From Nitrosopumilus sp. (GTDB lineage Archaea; Thermoproteota; Nitrososphaeria; Nitrososphaerales; Nitrosopumilaceae): DNA of 64,000 nt. Location of the stretch: NCBI GenBank assembly GCA_965205675.1, contig OZ242186.1:64001-128000 (forward strand), given 5' to 3'. This document shows, one piece after another, positions 20,631 to 29,747 of the stretch (positions within the stretch are counted from its first letter, which is position 1; every line of letters begins with the position of its first letter). Both the position numbers and the translations under genes were made by a program. The notes beneath the pieces were generated by a model, which was not told the origin of the DNA, did no database searches, and saw only the letters and a list, made by a program, of their open reading frames with translations.

Positions 20631-20677
20631 TTTTGATAACTAATTTAGGCATTAATTACTGATTCTTCTAAGTTTAA

Positions 20678-22420
20678 CTATGTTCTTCTAACTTCAAAAA
20701 TACTGTATCCATATTTTTCTTTCATCTCATTGGATGAAAATTCTATAAATTGATACTCATCAAAATTTTTCAAAATTTCATACATGTTGATTCCAACTAC
20801 CATGCTATTTTTTGGACATAATGAATTTATCTTAAAGCATCTATTTACTGTAGGTCCAAAAATATCTGAAATATTAGAAGTTGTACTTTTAGCAACTTTA
20901 ACAGAACCATATGTTATACTGATTTTATAATCTAATTCAGGCATATTTTCTGCGTTGAGCTGCTTTTTTAATTTATCATGCGAATCAATCATTGATAAAC
21001 AACATTCTAAAATATTTTTCATTACTGCAGAATTATTAGGATCAACCTTTGCAAATCTAAACATTAATGCATCTCCAATATTTTTTACAACTTCACCATT
21101 ATGATTCTGAACAATTTTTGCCATAAAATTTAGAAAAATCTCATACATTTTGGTGACACTTTCATCTGATAATTCGCTTGAGATTTTAGTAGAATCTTTC
21201 ATATCTATAACTCCCACACAATCATTTTGCACGTCCTGAGAAAATTTCAACAAGATTTCTTCTTGTTGTTTGATTACATCTTCTTTTTCTTTAATTTCTA
21301 TTAACGATTCTTCTAATTTTTGTGCCATTGAGTCAAATGCATGAGATAATTCCCCAATTTCATCACCCGTTGTAATGTTAGTTCTTACCTCAAAGTCTCC
21401 ATTTGCAATTTTATTAGCAGCATTTTTTAATTTGAGAATTGGTCTTGAAAGTGATTTCGATATTAAAAATGCAACAACTCCCATTCCTAATGTGATTGCT
21501 ATTCCCGTCTGAAATATCCTATCTTGAAGAATATCTATTGGTTTTTTCACTTCGGTTTGATCAATTTCTACAAGTAATACTATGCCTACGTCATCTATAC
21601 AATAAGATGCTCCATAAACTGGAACATTTCTATAATCTTTATAAAATCCTAAAAATTTTTCTCCTTCATTAAAACATTTTTGAACAGCTAAGGTATCTAC
21701 TTTCTTTTTGAATATTACATCTTCTATAAATCTAGATTCAGATAGCATCATTAATTGATTATTTACAATGTATACTTCACCAGATTCTCCCAAACCACTT
21801 CTATTAATCAAAACACTATCAATTGATGTTGTTCTCATTCTAGAAATTATTACACCTATTGCTTCATCTCCTTTTTTACTATCATCTGCAAAAATTGGTG
21901 AAACAACAATTATTTTTTTATTGATTTTTGCTGGTTCAAACTCGATAAAAGATTCGTTTAATCCCTTTTGAAAAAATGAATTTTTAGAAAAATCTTCATT
22001 TGTATTACCACTTAGAGAATAGAAAATTTTTCCGTTTTTGCCAATTATTTTTGTATCTTCAAATTCTATTGAAAATCCAATTAATTCTTGAAATGCTTGT
22101 ATTTGAATCAAAAAATCTCTGCGATTTTTTTCTTTGTATTGTTTTAATTCATTTTCAGGAACTTTATTCATTTCTGAAACCAATAATTGAATCATCGGAT
22201 CATTTGCAAGAATATTATTTTGTTCAATTCTTGACTCAAAAAGTAATCTTAGCGTTTCTCCCCGTATTGCTGATTCTCCAAACAACTGATCTTCTACTCT
22301 TTCTAGTAGAATTTGATCAGCATAGTTAAAACTAAGAAATCCTATTATTGAAAGTGCAATAACAGACACAATCATTACCAAAAAAATGAGTTTTTTATCT
22401 AGATTAATTGAGATTGACAT
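20678..22420 (-). CDS. Membrane class III adenylate/guanylate cyclase (TM-dCache-TM-HAMP-cyclase)
   Basis: GLGESGEVYIVN (dCache), DEIGELSHAFDSM (HAMP), IDMKDST, KNIGDALM, DIFGPTVN. Confidence 0.85.
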   Translation of the reverse strand: MSISINLDKKLIFLVMIVSVIALSIIGFLSFNYADQILLERVEDQLFGESAIRGETLRLLFESRIEQNNILANDPMIQLLVSEMNKVPENELKQYKEKNRRDFLIQIQAFQELIGFSIEFEDTKIIGKNGKIFYSLSGNTNEDFSKNSFFQKGLNESFIEFEPAKINKKIIVVSPIFADDSKKGDEAIGVIISRMRTTSIDSVLINRSGLGESGEVYIVNNQLMMLSESRFIEDVIFKKKVDTLAVQKCFNEGEKFLGFYKDYRNVPVYGASYCIDDVGIVLLVEIDQTEVKKPIDILQDRIFQTGIAITLGMGVVAFLISKSLSRPILKLKNAANKIANGDFEVRTNITTGDEIGELSHAFDSMAQKLEESLIEIKEKEDVIKQQEEILLKFSQDVQNDCVGVIDMKDSTKISSELSDESVTKMYEIFLNFMAKIVQNHNGEVVKNIGDALMFRFAKVDPNNSAVMKNILECCLSMIDSHDKLKKQLNAENMPELDYKISITYGSVKVAKSTTSNISDIFGPTVNRCFKINSLCPKNSMVVGINMYEILKNFDEYQFIEFSSNEMKEKYGYSIFEVRRT

Positions 22421-22896
22421 TTTATTCTATGTTTTTTTTATGTGAATATCAACGCTTCTTGCGTAATTATACTTGAAGTAATTCTTTGAAATGATAATTA
22501 TTTGCAATATTGAAAATAATCTTAGCTGTTTAATTAACTAAATTGTGCCTTTACAATATGAGATTTTCTTACTATTATTATCAATTTTTTTAATTTGTCC
22601 CAACCTCTGTATGTACCGAAGAATATATCATTGATATTCCACTTTGTGCATATAATCCTGAACTAAATACTTTAGGCAGAAGTGTGGGTATGTTCCACCT
22701 CAACTGTACGTAATTATTGGTACTACAATTACCTAGTATACTGATGACAATGAAGATCATACCGTAACAAGTGGAGAAAGTTAAGGAAGATTTGATCGTA
22801 CAAGCGACAATTTTGGAAAATCTAATGATATTTTTGATAATTGCAGATTTATGTCAGGCACATCATGATCATACAAATTTGAATAATCTGGAACGT

Positions 22897-22937
22897 TTTA
22901 TTATTATTGTACAATTTATTATTATTGTACAATTTAT
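22897..22937. repeat. 18-bp tandem duplication TTTATTATTATTGTACAA x2.3 over the Cys copper-ligand codon
   Basis: Read directly from sequence. Confidence 0.85.
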
Positions 22938-23249
22938 CTTTGGATGGAAAGAGTTGTTATATTTGAAAAACAAATCCCTGATTATCTACACGATGCAACT
23001 GGTACAAAATTAAAATTTTCTTTGTTGCAATATACTCCTGATAAAAATATAAAAGTAAATCTAATTTGGGATCCACCTATGATTAAAACCCATGAAAAAA
23101 TTCAATTTATTTATCATTTTTGTGATCTAAAAATAAATTCTAATCTTACAGAAATGAAATACAATTTTATAATATTTCAAAATGAACAAAAACTCTTTAG
23201 AGATGAAAATTAAATCCGATTGGTATAGATTATAGAAATTTTATTTAGT

Positions 23250-23389
23250 AGACGTCTTGCGTAATTATTTCTAGGCGTGAATTTTGCTGGAGGATTTTTC
23301 AAATTGGTTGAAAAATTTGAATTTTCAGGTATGAATTCTGTTAAAATACAAAATTTGAGAAAAAATCTCTATAATTACGCAAGAGGTCT
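23250..23389. mobile_element. 140-bp MITE copy 2, inverted and identical to copy 1, TSD AGT
   Basis: Reverse complement of 8593-8732; AGT at 23247-23249 and 23390-23392. Confidence 0.92.
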
Positions 23390-23736
23390 AGTGAATCAGA
23401 TTCTATCATAATTAGAACAGAAGGCATTCATTCACTTTCAGTTTTAGCTGAAGACAGTATTACTGTATTTGGAGATATTCAAAGCAGAGAACAACATTCT
23501 GTCGATTTTACTACAGCCGGTTTATAATAACACTAAAAAATTATCTCATGAAAATTATCATACAAAACCAGCTCAATGACTAACTATTTACTATGAATTC
23601 ATGCTATTCATCATTTTTGCTCCTGGCATCATACTTGTTGTTGCCTTACTTTGATTAAAGAGACAACCAAAGATCAAACACCTAGTACTGTTAAAATATA
23701 AAATAATAAAAAGAAATTAGAAATTGATGAACTAAT

Positions 23737-24036
23737 CTAATCGATTAGTTCAGTCCAACCTTTGACGAAGACTGAGTTCTTGTAGAGCGGAACTGGTTGT
23801 CCAACAGTAAAATCTATTGGTCTCATCCAAAAGATTGCTTTTGTTGGGCACACACCAATGCATGCACCATCAGAAATACATCTTTCTGGGTAAAAGACAA
23901 ATGCTTTACCTCTCTTCCAGCCTTCAACTGGTTTTACTCTAAGGACATCTGGTCCAAGTGTGGTACAGATTTCTACACATAGTGCACATCCAATACACAT
24001 TTGTTCGCTGATGTCTGGAATAATTCCTACTGGCAT
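23737..24036 (-). CDS. 2x[4Fe-4S] ferredoxin
   Basis: CIGCALCVEIC and CISDGACIGVCP. Confidence 0.9.
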   Translation of the reverse strand: MPVGIIPDISEQMCIGCALCVEICTTLGPDVLRVKPVEGWKRGKAFVFYPERCISDGACIGVCPTKAIFWMRPIDFTVGQPVPLYKNSVFVKGWTELID

Positions 24037-24179
24037 AACAAAATTATTTCTTGATTTGGTCTTAATATAATTTGCCTAAAAATATCATCTTATAACGGCG
24101 TTTGATATTTTATAACGGTGTTTGAATTTCTGATCGCAATATTTGAGTTTGAGAAGATTCCTTTTTCCTACTCTATATT

Positions 24180-24761
24180 CTAGTTTGATTGATTCAATGT
24201 ATGAATTATTAAACTATTTTTAATTTTTTTAAGAAAATAGAGCCCCGTTTTCTCTGATTTGATAATGTGTTTTCCACCCGGTGATAATATCCACTTATTA
24301 TTTTCTTTCTTTCGTGCCATTCCAGTTATTATGATTGATGATTCACAATGATTTCCAATTGATGATAGTAGCATTATACATGAATTAATAAATCTGGTAG
24401 ATTCCAACTCATCAAACAAATTGTACATGCCATTGATTGAATCAATAATTACTAATAGTTTCTCTTTTGATGATTTAACAATAATTTCTGCTAATTCTTT
24501 TTTCCAATTAATCTTGCTTGGATAAAAAATTGTTAATTTTTCTTTTTTTTGCATCATCTGGGATTGAACATATCCAGTATAAAGCAAGTCCATATCGATG
24601 AAAATTATTTCATCTTCGGTTGAATTGATTAATCTATTAAGAAATTCAATTTTATGGAATGGTTTTGAACATAAAATAACATTTGGATTATTCTGTTCAA
24701 ATTTAATTCGAATTTGTGTTAAATCATTATCTATAACTTGCTCAGGATTTTTATCCAACAC
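24180..24761 (-). CDS. Hypothetical protein, degenerate RecA/KaiC-like fold
   Basis: IIFIDMD and LVIIDSING Walker-B-like strands, no Walker A. Confidence 0.55.
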   Translation of the reverse strand: MLDKNPEQVIDNDLTQIRIKFEQNNPNVILCSKPFHKIEFLNRLINSTEDEIIFIDMDLLYTGYVQSQMMQKKEKLTIFYPSKINWKKELAEIIVKSSKEKLLVIIDSINGMYNLFDELESTRFINSCIMLLSSIGNHCESSIIITGMARKKENNKWILSPGGKHIIKSEKTGLYFLKKIKNSLIIHTLNQSN

Positions 24762-24787
24762 TACATTAGTATTTTACAGATATAATA

Positions 24788-25939
24788 ATGAATTTGATAT
24801 CAAAAGATATTTCTGATGATTTTCCATCATCTGAGAAAATTTATCTAAATAATGCATCTGTTTCTTTAATGCCTATCCAAAGTATTGAGGCCATGAAAGA
24901 ATTTTTAATTACATATAATTCCATTGGTCCAGATTCAAAAGAATCTGAACCTTTTATTAGTGAAAAATTACGAAATGTGAGAAAGACTATTGCTAAAATT
25001 ATTTCTTGCCAACCTGATGAAGTAATTCTTACTCAAAGTACAACTGATGGAATTAATTTTGTAGCTAATGGATTATCATTTAATAATAATTCTAATATTG
25101 TAATTCGTGGAATGACACACGAGCACCATTCTAATTTTTATCCATGGATTAAACTAAAAGAAAAAATTTCAATAAAAAATTTACCAATTGATGAAAATGG
25201 TTTTTTTATATTTGATGATTTGAAATTATCTATTGATAATAATACAAAATTGGTTGCATTAAGTCATGCATTATACAATACAGGTTCAATTATGCCTGTA
25301 AAAGAAATAGGAAAATTCCTTGAAAATAAGGTTCCATTCTTTATTGACAGTGCTCAAACTATAGGTTGTATTGGAGACATTGATGTCTCAAAAATTAAAT
25401 GTGATTTCATGTCTTTTAATGGATCTAAATGGATGTGTGGTCCTATGGGTACAGGATTATTTTACTGTAAAAAAAATTCTAGTGAACTATTAGAACCCAA
25501 AACTATTGGTGGCGAGTCTGCAATTATTTATGATGATTCAAAATTAGCATACAAAGAATTACCAGACAAATTCCAAACTGGATTTAGAAACTATGTAGGT
25601 ATTGTTGGGTTAGAATCATCTGCAAATTATTTATTAAAATTTGGTATGAATAACATACGTGACAAAAATCAATACCTATCAAATCTTTTCAGAGAAGAAT
25701 TATTAAAAATTCCAAACATCATTTTATATGGACCAGAAGATCCAAATGTTAGAACAAGTATCATTTCCTTTAACATCAAAGGATTTGATTCACAATATGT
25801 GATTGATAAACTTGAAAAACAAAATATTGTTTTAGCAATAAGAGAAATAATGGATAAAAAAATCATACGAGCATCACCTCATTTTTTCAATACTGAATCT
25901 CAGATACTTGAGGTAATTGATGTAATTAAGAAACTATAG
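24788..25939 (+). CDS. Class V PLP aminotransferase / cysteine desulfurase-like
   Basis: IYLNNAS, STTDGIN, EHHSN, IDSAQ, GSKWMCGP. Confidence 0.85.
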   Translation: MNLISKDISDDFPSSEKIYLNNASVSLMPIQSIEAMKEFLITYNSIGPDSKESEPFISEKLRNVRKTIAKIISCQPDEVILTQSTTDGINFVANGLSFNNNSNIVIRGMTHEHHSNFYPWIKLKEKISIKNLPIDENGFFIFDDLKLSIDNNTKLVALSHALYNTGSIMPVKEIGKFLENKVPFFIDSAQTIGCIGDIDVSKIKCDFMSFNGSKWMCGPMGTGLFYCKKNSSELLEPKTIGGESAIIYDDSKLAYKELPDKFQTGFRNYVGIVGLESSANYLLKFGMNNIRDKNQYLSNLFREELLKIPNIILYGPEDPNVRTSIISFNIKGFDSQYVIDKLEKQNIVLAIREIMDKKIIRASPHFFNTESQILEVIDVIKKL

Positions 25940-26206
25940 ATTTCCTTGTTCTTCTATTACCATCATTGTTAGTGTTGATTGAACTTTGCTAATCTTTCTA
26001 ACTTTGTTGGTAATAATTGCACGTAGTTTTTCAGCATCATCAGATGATAATTTTAGGACGATGTCATATACTCCGTACACGCCTTGAATTTCAAACTTGA
26101 TATCTTCTTCTGCAAGAATTTGTTTTACTTCATTGATGATTGATTCATCTGATCCTAAATCAGAATTTAATAGAACATACGCTGTAGGCACAAGGGGTTT
26201 TTTCAT
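25934..26206 (-). CDS. Lrp/AsnC ligand-binding domain protein
   Basis: AYVLLN...VYGVYDIVLKL...IRK-like...STLTM pattern. Confidence 0.85.
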   Translation of the reverse strand: MKKPLVPTAYVLLNSDLGSDESIINEVKQILAEEDIKFEIQGVYGVYDIVLKLSSDDAEKLRAIITNKVRKISKVQSTLTMMVIEEQGNL

Positions 26207-26266
26207 GAGACAGTATTTAACCTTTCATTGTTCAAAGTTGATTAATCTTCAACACATTGTAATAGT

Positions 26267-26908
26267 GTGAAGTCAATAGATTTATCACTTACAATATCCG
26301 AATCTATCCCAAGTTTTCCTGGTTCTCCTACTCCACAATTCATTAGTTGGTCTGACATTAACGATGACGGCTATAATCTTGAATTATTATTTCTAAGTTC
26401 ACACACAGGAACACATCTTGATGCACCATATCATTTTGTTAAAAACGGTCAAAAAATCCATCAAATTCCACTTGATAGATTAATTGGGAAAGCTGTTCTA
26501 ATAAAACTCAAAAAAATAAAAAATACATCAATTACAAAATCAGACATAATATTATTTGAAAAAAAGAACGGTAAAATTCCAAACCACTCTTCAGTTTTTT
26601 TCTTTACAAACTGGCAAAAAAATTTGAAAAAAAATAATTATTTTACTGAAAATCCAGGTCTAGATACATCCTCTGCAAAATATCTTGCATCTAAAAAAAT
26701 CAATTTAGTTGGAATTGATTCTCCCAGCATAGATCTTGGAAAAGATGAATCATTTACTGTACATTATATCTTATCAAAAAATAATATTCTGATAGTAGAA
26801 AATTTAACAAATATGGATAAAATATCATCTACAAAGTTCAATTTTACAATTCTCCCATTGAAACTAAAGGATGCAACAGGTTCACCTGTACGCGCAATAG
26901 CGTCATAG
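26267..26908 (+). CDS. Cyclase family (kynurenine formamidase-like) metal hydrolase
   Basis: HTGTHLDAPYHF, VGIDSPS, GSPVRA. Confidence 0.9.
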   Translation: MKSIDLSLTISESIPSFPGSPTPQFISWSDINDDGYNLELLFLSSHTGTHLDAPYHFVKNGQKIHQIPLDRLIGKAVLIKLKKIKNTSITKSDIILFEKKNGKIPNHSSVFFFTNWQKNLKKNNYFTENPGLDTSSAKYLASKKINLVGIDSPSIDLGKDESFTVHYILSKNNILIVENLTNMDKISSTKFNFTILPLKLKDATGSPVRAIAS

Positions 26909-26959
26909 AACATATTTGATTTCGTAATACTAAAAATATAGAATAATTATGAATTCATC

Positions 26960-27454
26960 ATGAGTAAACCTGGAAATATTTGGAGAAAGGTTCATGGTAA
27001 AATTACTAAAAAACCTACAAACTTTTCTTGGTTGATTGAAGAAAAATTAGCAGGTTCAGGTATTCCCACAAGCACAGATGAATTCAATTGGATTTTAAAT
27101 CAAGGTGTAAAGTCAATTGTAACTATGACTGAACAGGCATTACCTAATGATTGGGTACAAAATATTGATTATCTTCATATACCAACCCCTGATTTGACAG
27201 CTCCTGACATGGGTAGAATAGATTTAGCAGTAGATTTCATACATGAACAAATCAAAACTGATCAAGCTGTAATGGTTCATTGTGCAGCGGGAATGGGAAG
27301 AGCAGGAACAATACTTGCATGTTATTTTATCAAATACAAAAAATTTTCAGCTAATGCTGCAATTAAAAAAATTCGAGATAAAAGACCTGGTTCAATCCAA
27401 TCTAAAGTACAAGAATTAGCTATTGGATTTTATGAAAAACATGTAAGGAATTAG
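26960..27454 (+). CDS. Dual-specificity protein phosphatase
   Basis: VHCAAGMGRAGT P-loop. Confidence 0.9.
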   Translation: MSKPGNIWRKVHGKITKKPTNFSWLIEEKLAGSGIPTSTDEFNWILNQGVKSIVTMTEQALPNDWVQNIDYLHIPTPDLTAPDMGRIDLAVDFIHEQIKTDQAVMVHCAAGMGRAGTILACYFIKYKKFSANAAIKKIRDKRPGSIQSKVQELAIGFYEKHVRN

Positions 27455-27455
27455 T

Positions 27456-27602
27456 TTAAACAAATTCTGAAACTAATTTTCCATCCACGACTTTAATTTT
27501 TAAGGTTTTATCCTCTTGAAAAATTAAAGTTAGTCCACCGTCTGCATCAGGATCTTCTACTTTAACAAGTTCTAACATTTTGATTGGGTCAAATTTTTCC
27601 AT
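27456..27602 (-). CDS. 48-aa hypothetical protein (MEKFDPIKMLELVKVEDPDADGGLTLIFQEDK...), paralogue of the next ORF
   Basis: Below the ORF-track cutoff; shares VE.PD..GG.T.IF.D...IK..DGK with 27612..27764. Confidence 0.65.
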   Translation of the reverse strand: MEKFDPIKMLELVKVEDPDADGGLTLIFQEDKTLKIKVVDGKLVSEFV

Positions 27603-27611
27603 TCATATCAC

Positions 27612-27764
27612 CTATTCTGGAATTGATACGGTCTCAATTTTGCCATCAATTGCTTTAATGAACATAAACCTGTTATCTTTGAAGATAAATGTAATTCCTC
27701 CTTCTTTGTCAGGCTCTTCAACTTCAAGTATTGGTTGTCCTAACAGACCATCATATTTTGCCAT
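27612..27764 (-). CDS. 50-aa hypothetical protein (MAKYDGLLGQPILEVEEPDKEGGITFIFKDNR...)
   Basis: Manual translation; tandem paralogue of the previous ORF. Confidence 0.65.
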   Translation of the reverse strand: MAKYDGLLGQPILEVEEPDKEGGITFIFKDNRFMFIKAIDGKIETVSIPE

Positions 27765-27932
27765 TAATAATTACCCAAAAAAGTTCCTTATATCCCTAAT
27801 TGACTGGAATATTTTTTTATAATAACCGCTTTTTCAGGCATGTTTAGCTTCAAAATGTAACTGTACAACACTGATTTTACAGTTAATTCTTTTTTAATAT
27901 TTCATTTTTTATCATAATCTGATATTGAGTAT

Positions 27933-28208
27933 ATGACAGTCAAAAAATCCTTACAATTACTTGATTTTCTAATTGATTATGAAACAAGAATGCATACTGC
28001 CATGAGTGACCCATCAAAATCCTGGAATATTGGAGATGATAGTATAGGCAAACTTGCAAAGACACTTTCAGACTGTCATAAAGACAATATCCGAGTTTTG
28101 GATATAATCAAAAAAGAATTAGTTCCAAATTGTAAACATCCAAAAAAGATGAGAGATAAGACTGCTGATGGGCAATGGTATTGTATGAATTGTAATTTAG
28201 ATCTCTAA
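27933..28208 (+). CDS. Small hypothetical protein with C-terminal putative Zn finger (CKHP...WYCMNC)
   Basis: 91-aa ORF inside the element. Confidence 0.65.
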   Translation: MTVKKSLQLLDFLIDYETRMHTAMSDPSKSWNIGDDSIGKLAKTLSDCHKDNIRVLDIIKKELVPNCKHPKKMRDKTADGQWYCMNCNLDL

Positions 28209-28233
28209 TTTCATGACTAAATAATATGAAATT

Positions 28234-28890
28234 TTATTCTTCAATACAATCGTTGAATGAATCTACACCATCAAATTCAATTTTTCCTATACATGGATCA
28301 TAAATTCTCTTAAAATTCTCTGGTCTGCTTATTGTCTTTATTCCAGCAAATGCTCGAATATTGGCATTTGGGAATGCATCTCTCAGTCTATTTGCAGCTC
28401 CAATGAATGTAGATCCTCTGGTTATGAAATCATCTATTAGTAAAATTTCATCAGGTTCAGAAAGTTCTTTTTGAACTGCCATCGTATCATAATGTTCTTG
28501 AGCTTTTGGTCTGTTTACATTTGAACTTGTATGGGATTTTCGTAAAGGACTTGTACGTTCAAGACATGAACTGACTTTCTTTCCTAGACCATTATTCACT
28601 AAAGCAGTTGCTAAACGTTGTGGAACCCAAAGTGTATTTGCTTTAGTAAGAGAACTACTTGGAGTTGGAATAAGGATAGAATTTGCTTTAAAGAAATGAG
28701 CAAAAGGAAGTTTTTCTAAATTATTCTTAATTCCTTTTGCTATGTATTCTGTCATCAGAATGTTTTCTTTTTCTAAATATCCATCACTCTTCAATTTTGC
28801 TTTAAATGTTCTTGAACGAGCCTCTTCCTCTGTATTTCCACGAGGGGAATATGTAAGAAGAGATCCAAAATCAATATTATTAATTTTCAT
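28234..28890 (-). CDS. Type I phosphoribosyltransferase (ComF-like; ShosT-type partner)
   Basis: LIPTPSS and the PRPP loop ILLIDDFITRGSTF. The start overlaps the DprA stop (TAATG). Confidence 0.85.
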   Translation of the reverse strand: MKINNIDFGSLLTYSPRGNTEEEARSRTFKAKLKSDGYLEKENILMTEYIAKGIKNNLEKLPFAHFFKANSILIPTPSSSLTKANTLWVPQRLATALVNNGLGKKVSSCLERTSPLRKSHTSSNVNRPKAQEHYDTMAVQKELSEPDEILLIDDFITRGSTFIGAANRLRDAFPNANIRAFAGIKTISRPENFKRIYDPCIGKIEFDGVDSFNDCIEE

Positions 28891-29591
28891 TATTGAAATA
28901 CATCAATTACTTCAAAACGTGTTGGTAGTACTTCAAGTATATCTGATGGATCAGATAGTTCTACTGCTCCATGTTCAATCATTTCTGTAGGCCAATCTAA
29001 TTCTTTGTCGTTCACAACAGATTCCCATATGAATAATGGTCTTCCCATTCTGAGAGTTTCCCACCCTTGATGTTTTGAACCACTTGTTTTTCCAGCTTCT
29101 ACAATTACTGAAGCATCAGAAATAAGTGCCATTGTCCTATTTCGTATTACAAAATTTTTCCCAGTAATTGGATAACCTGTAGGGAATTGTGAAACTACTA
29201 GATGACTTTTCATTAATTCTTGTTGAAGTTCATAATTTATTTTTGGATATGCTTTGTCTAACGGTGTACCAATTACAGCAATAGTTTTCCCATTCATGTT
29301 TAATGCTGTTACATGTGCTGCAGTATCAATTCCTTCAGCAAGTCCACTAACAATAATTACTTGATTATCGATGAGCACTTTTGCAATTTTTTGAGCATTT
29401 GCAATTCCTTGTGTAGATGCTTTTCTGGAACCAATGATTGATACTTTTGGGCATGGTAATGGAATATCTAAAGAACCTTCTACGAAAAGTGGTCCTGGAT
29501 CAGCTTTTAATTCAATATCATTAAGTGGGCGACCTAGAAGTTGTGCCGCATTAATTGACGAATACTTCTTTCCCTCAAGCATTACTATCAC
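28890..29591 (-). CDS. Short DprA/Smf Rossmann-domain protein (ShosA-like)
   Basis: SIIGSRKAS, IVSGLAEGIDTAAH, TIAVIG, FVIRNRTMA, VEAGKTSGS. No N-terminal SAM or C-terminal wHTH domain. Confidence 0.88.
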   Translation of the reverse strand: MIVMLEGKKYSSINAAQLLGRPLNDIELKADPGPLFVEGSLDIPLPCPKVSIIGSRKASTQGIANAQKIAKVLIDNQVIIVSGLAEGIDTAAHVTALNMNGKTIAVIGTPLDKAYPKINYELQQELMKSHLVVSQFPTGYPITGKNFVIRNRTMALISDASVIVEAGKTSGSKHQGWETLRMGRPLFIWESVVNDKELDWPTEMIEHGAVELSDPSDILEVLPTRFEVIDVFQ

Positions 29592-29747
29592 ATCTTACGA
29601 GATCTAGTCTTTTTAATGCTTTCATGATGACTTGTATTGACTAAGGGATAATTGGCAATAAATTCGTCTAACTAGGCAAAATATGCCATCTTTTGGTAAT
29701 GTAGAATCATAAGAAAAGGAATAATTCAATGAAAAATAAGTAATTTT

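Larger units (their letters stand above)
22560..23680 (+). pseudogene. Decayed cupredoxin (blue-copper) surface protein gene, interrupted by a MITE
   Basis: Fragments EYIIDIPLCAYNPELN, T*YTDDNEDHTVTSGE, YYCTIYLWM (degenerate C-x2-H-x2-M) and a C-terminal TM, with several stops and frameshifts. Confidence 0.7.

Noticed and set aside
28234-29591. Natural-competence dprA/comF locus
   Set aside because: DprA lacks its accessory domains, the PRTase lacks the ComF Zn finger, there are no uptake genes, and the context is an integrated element.
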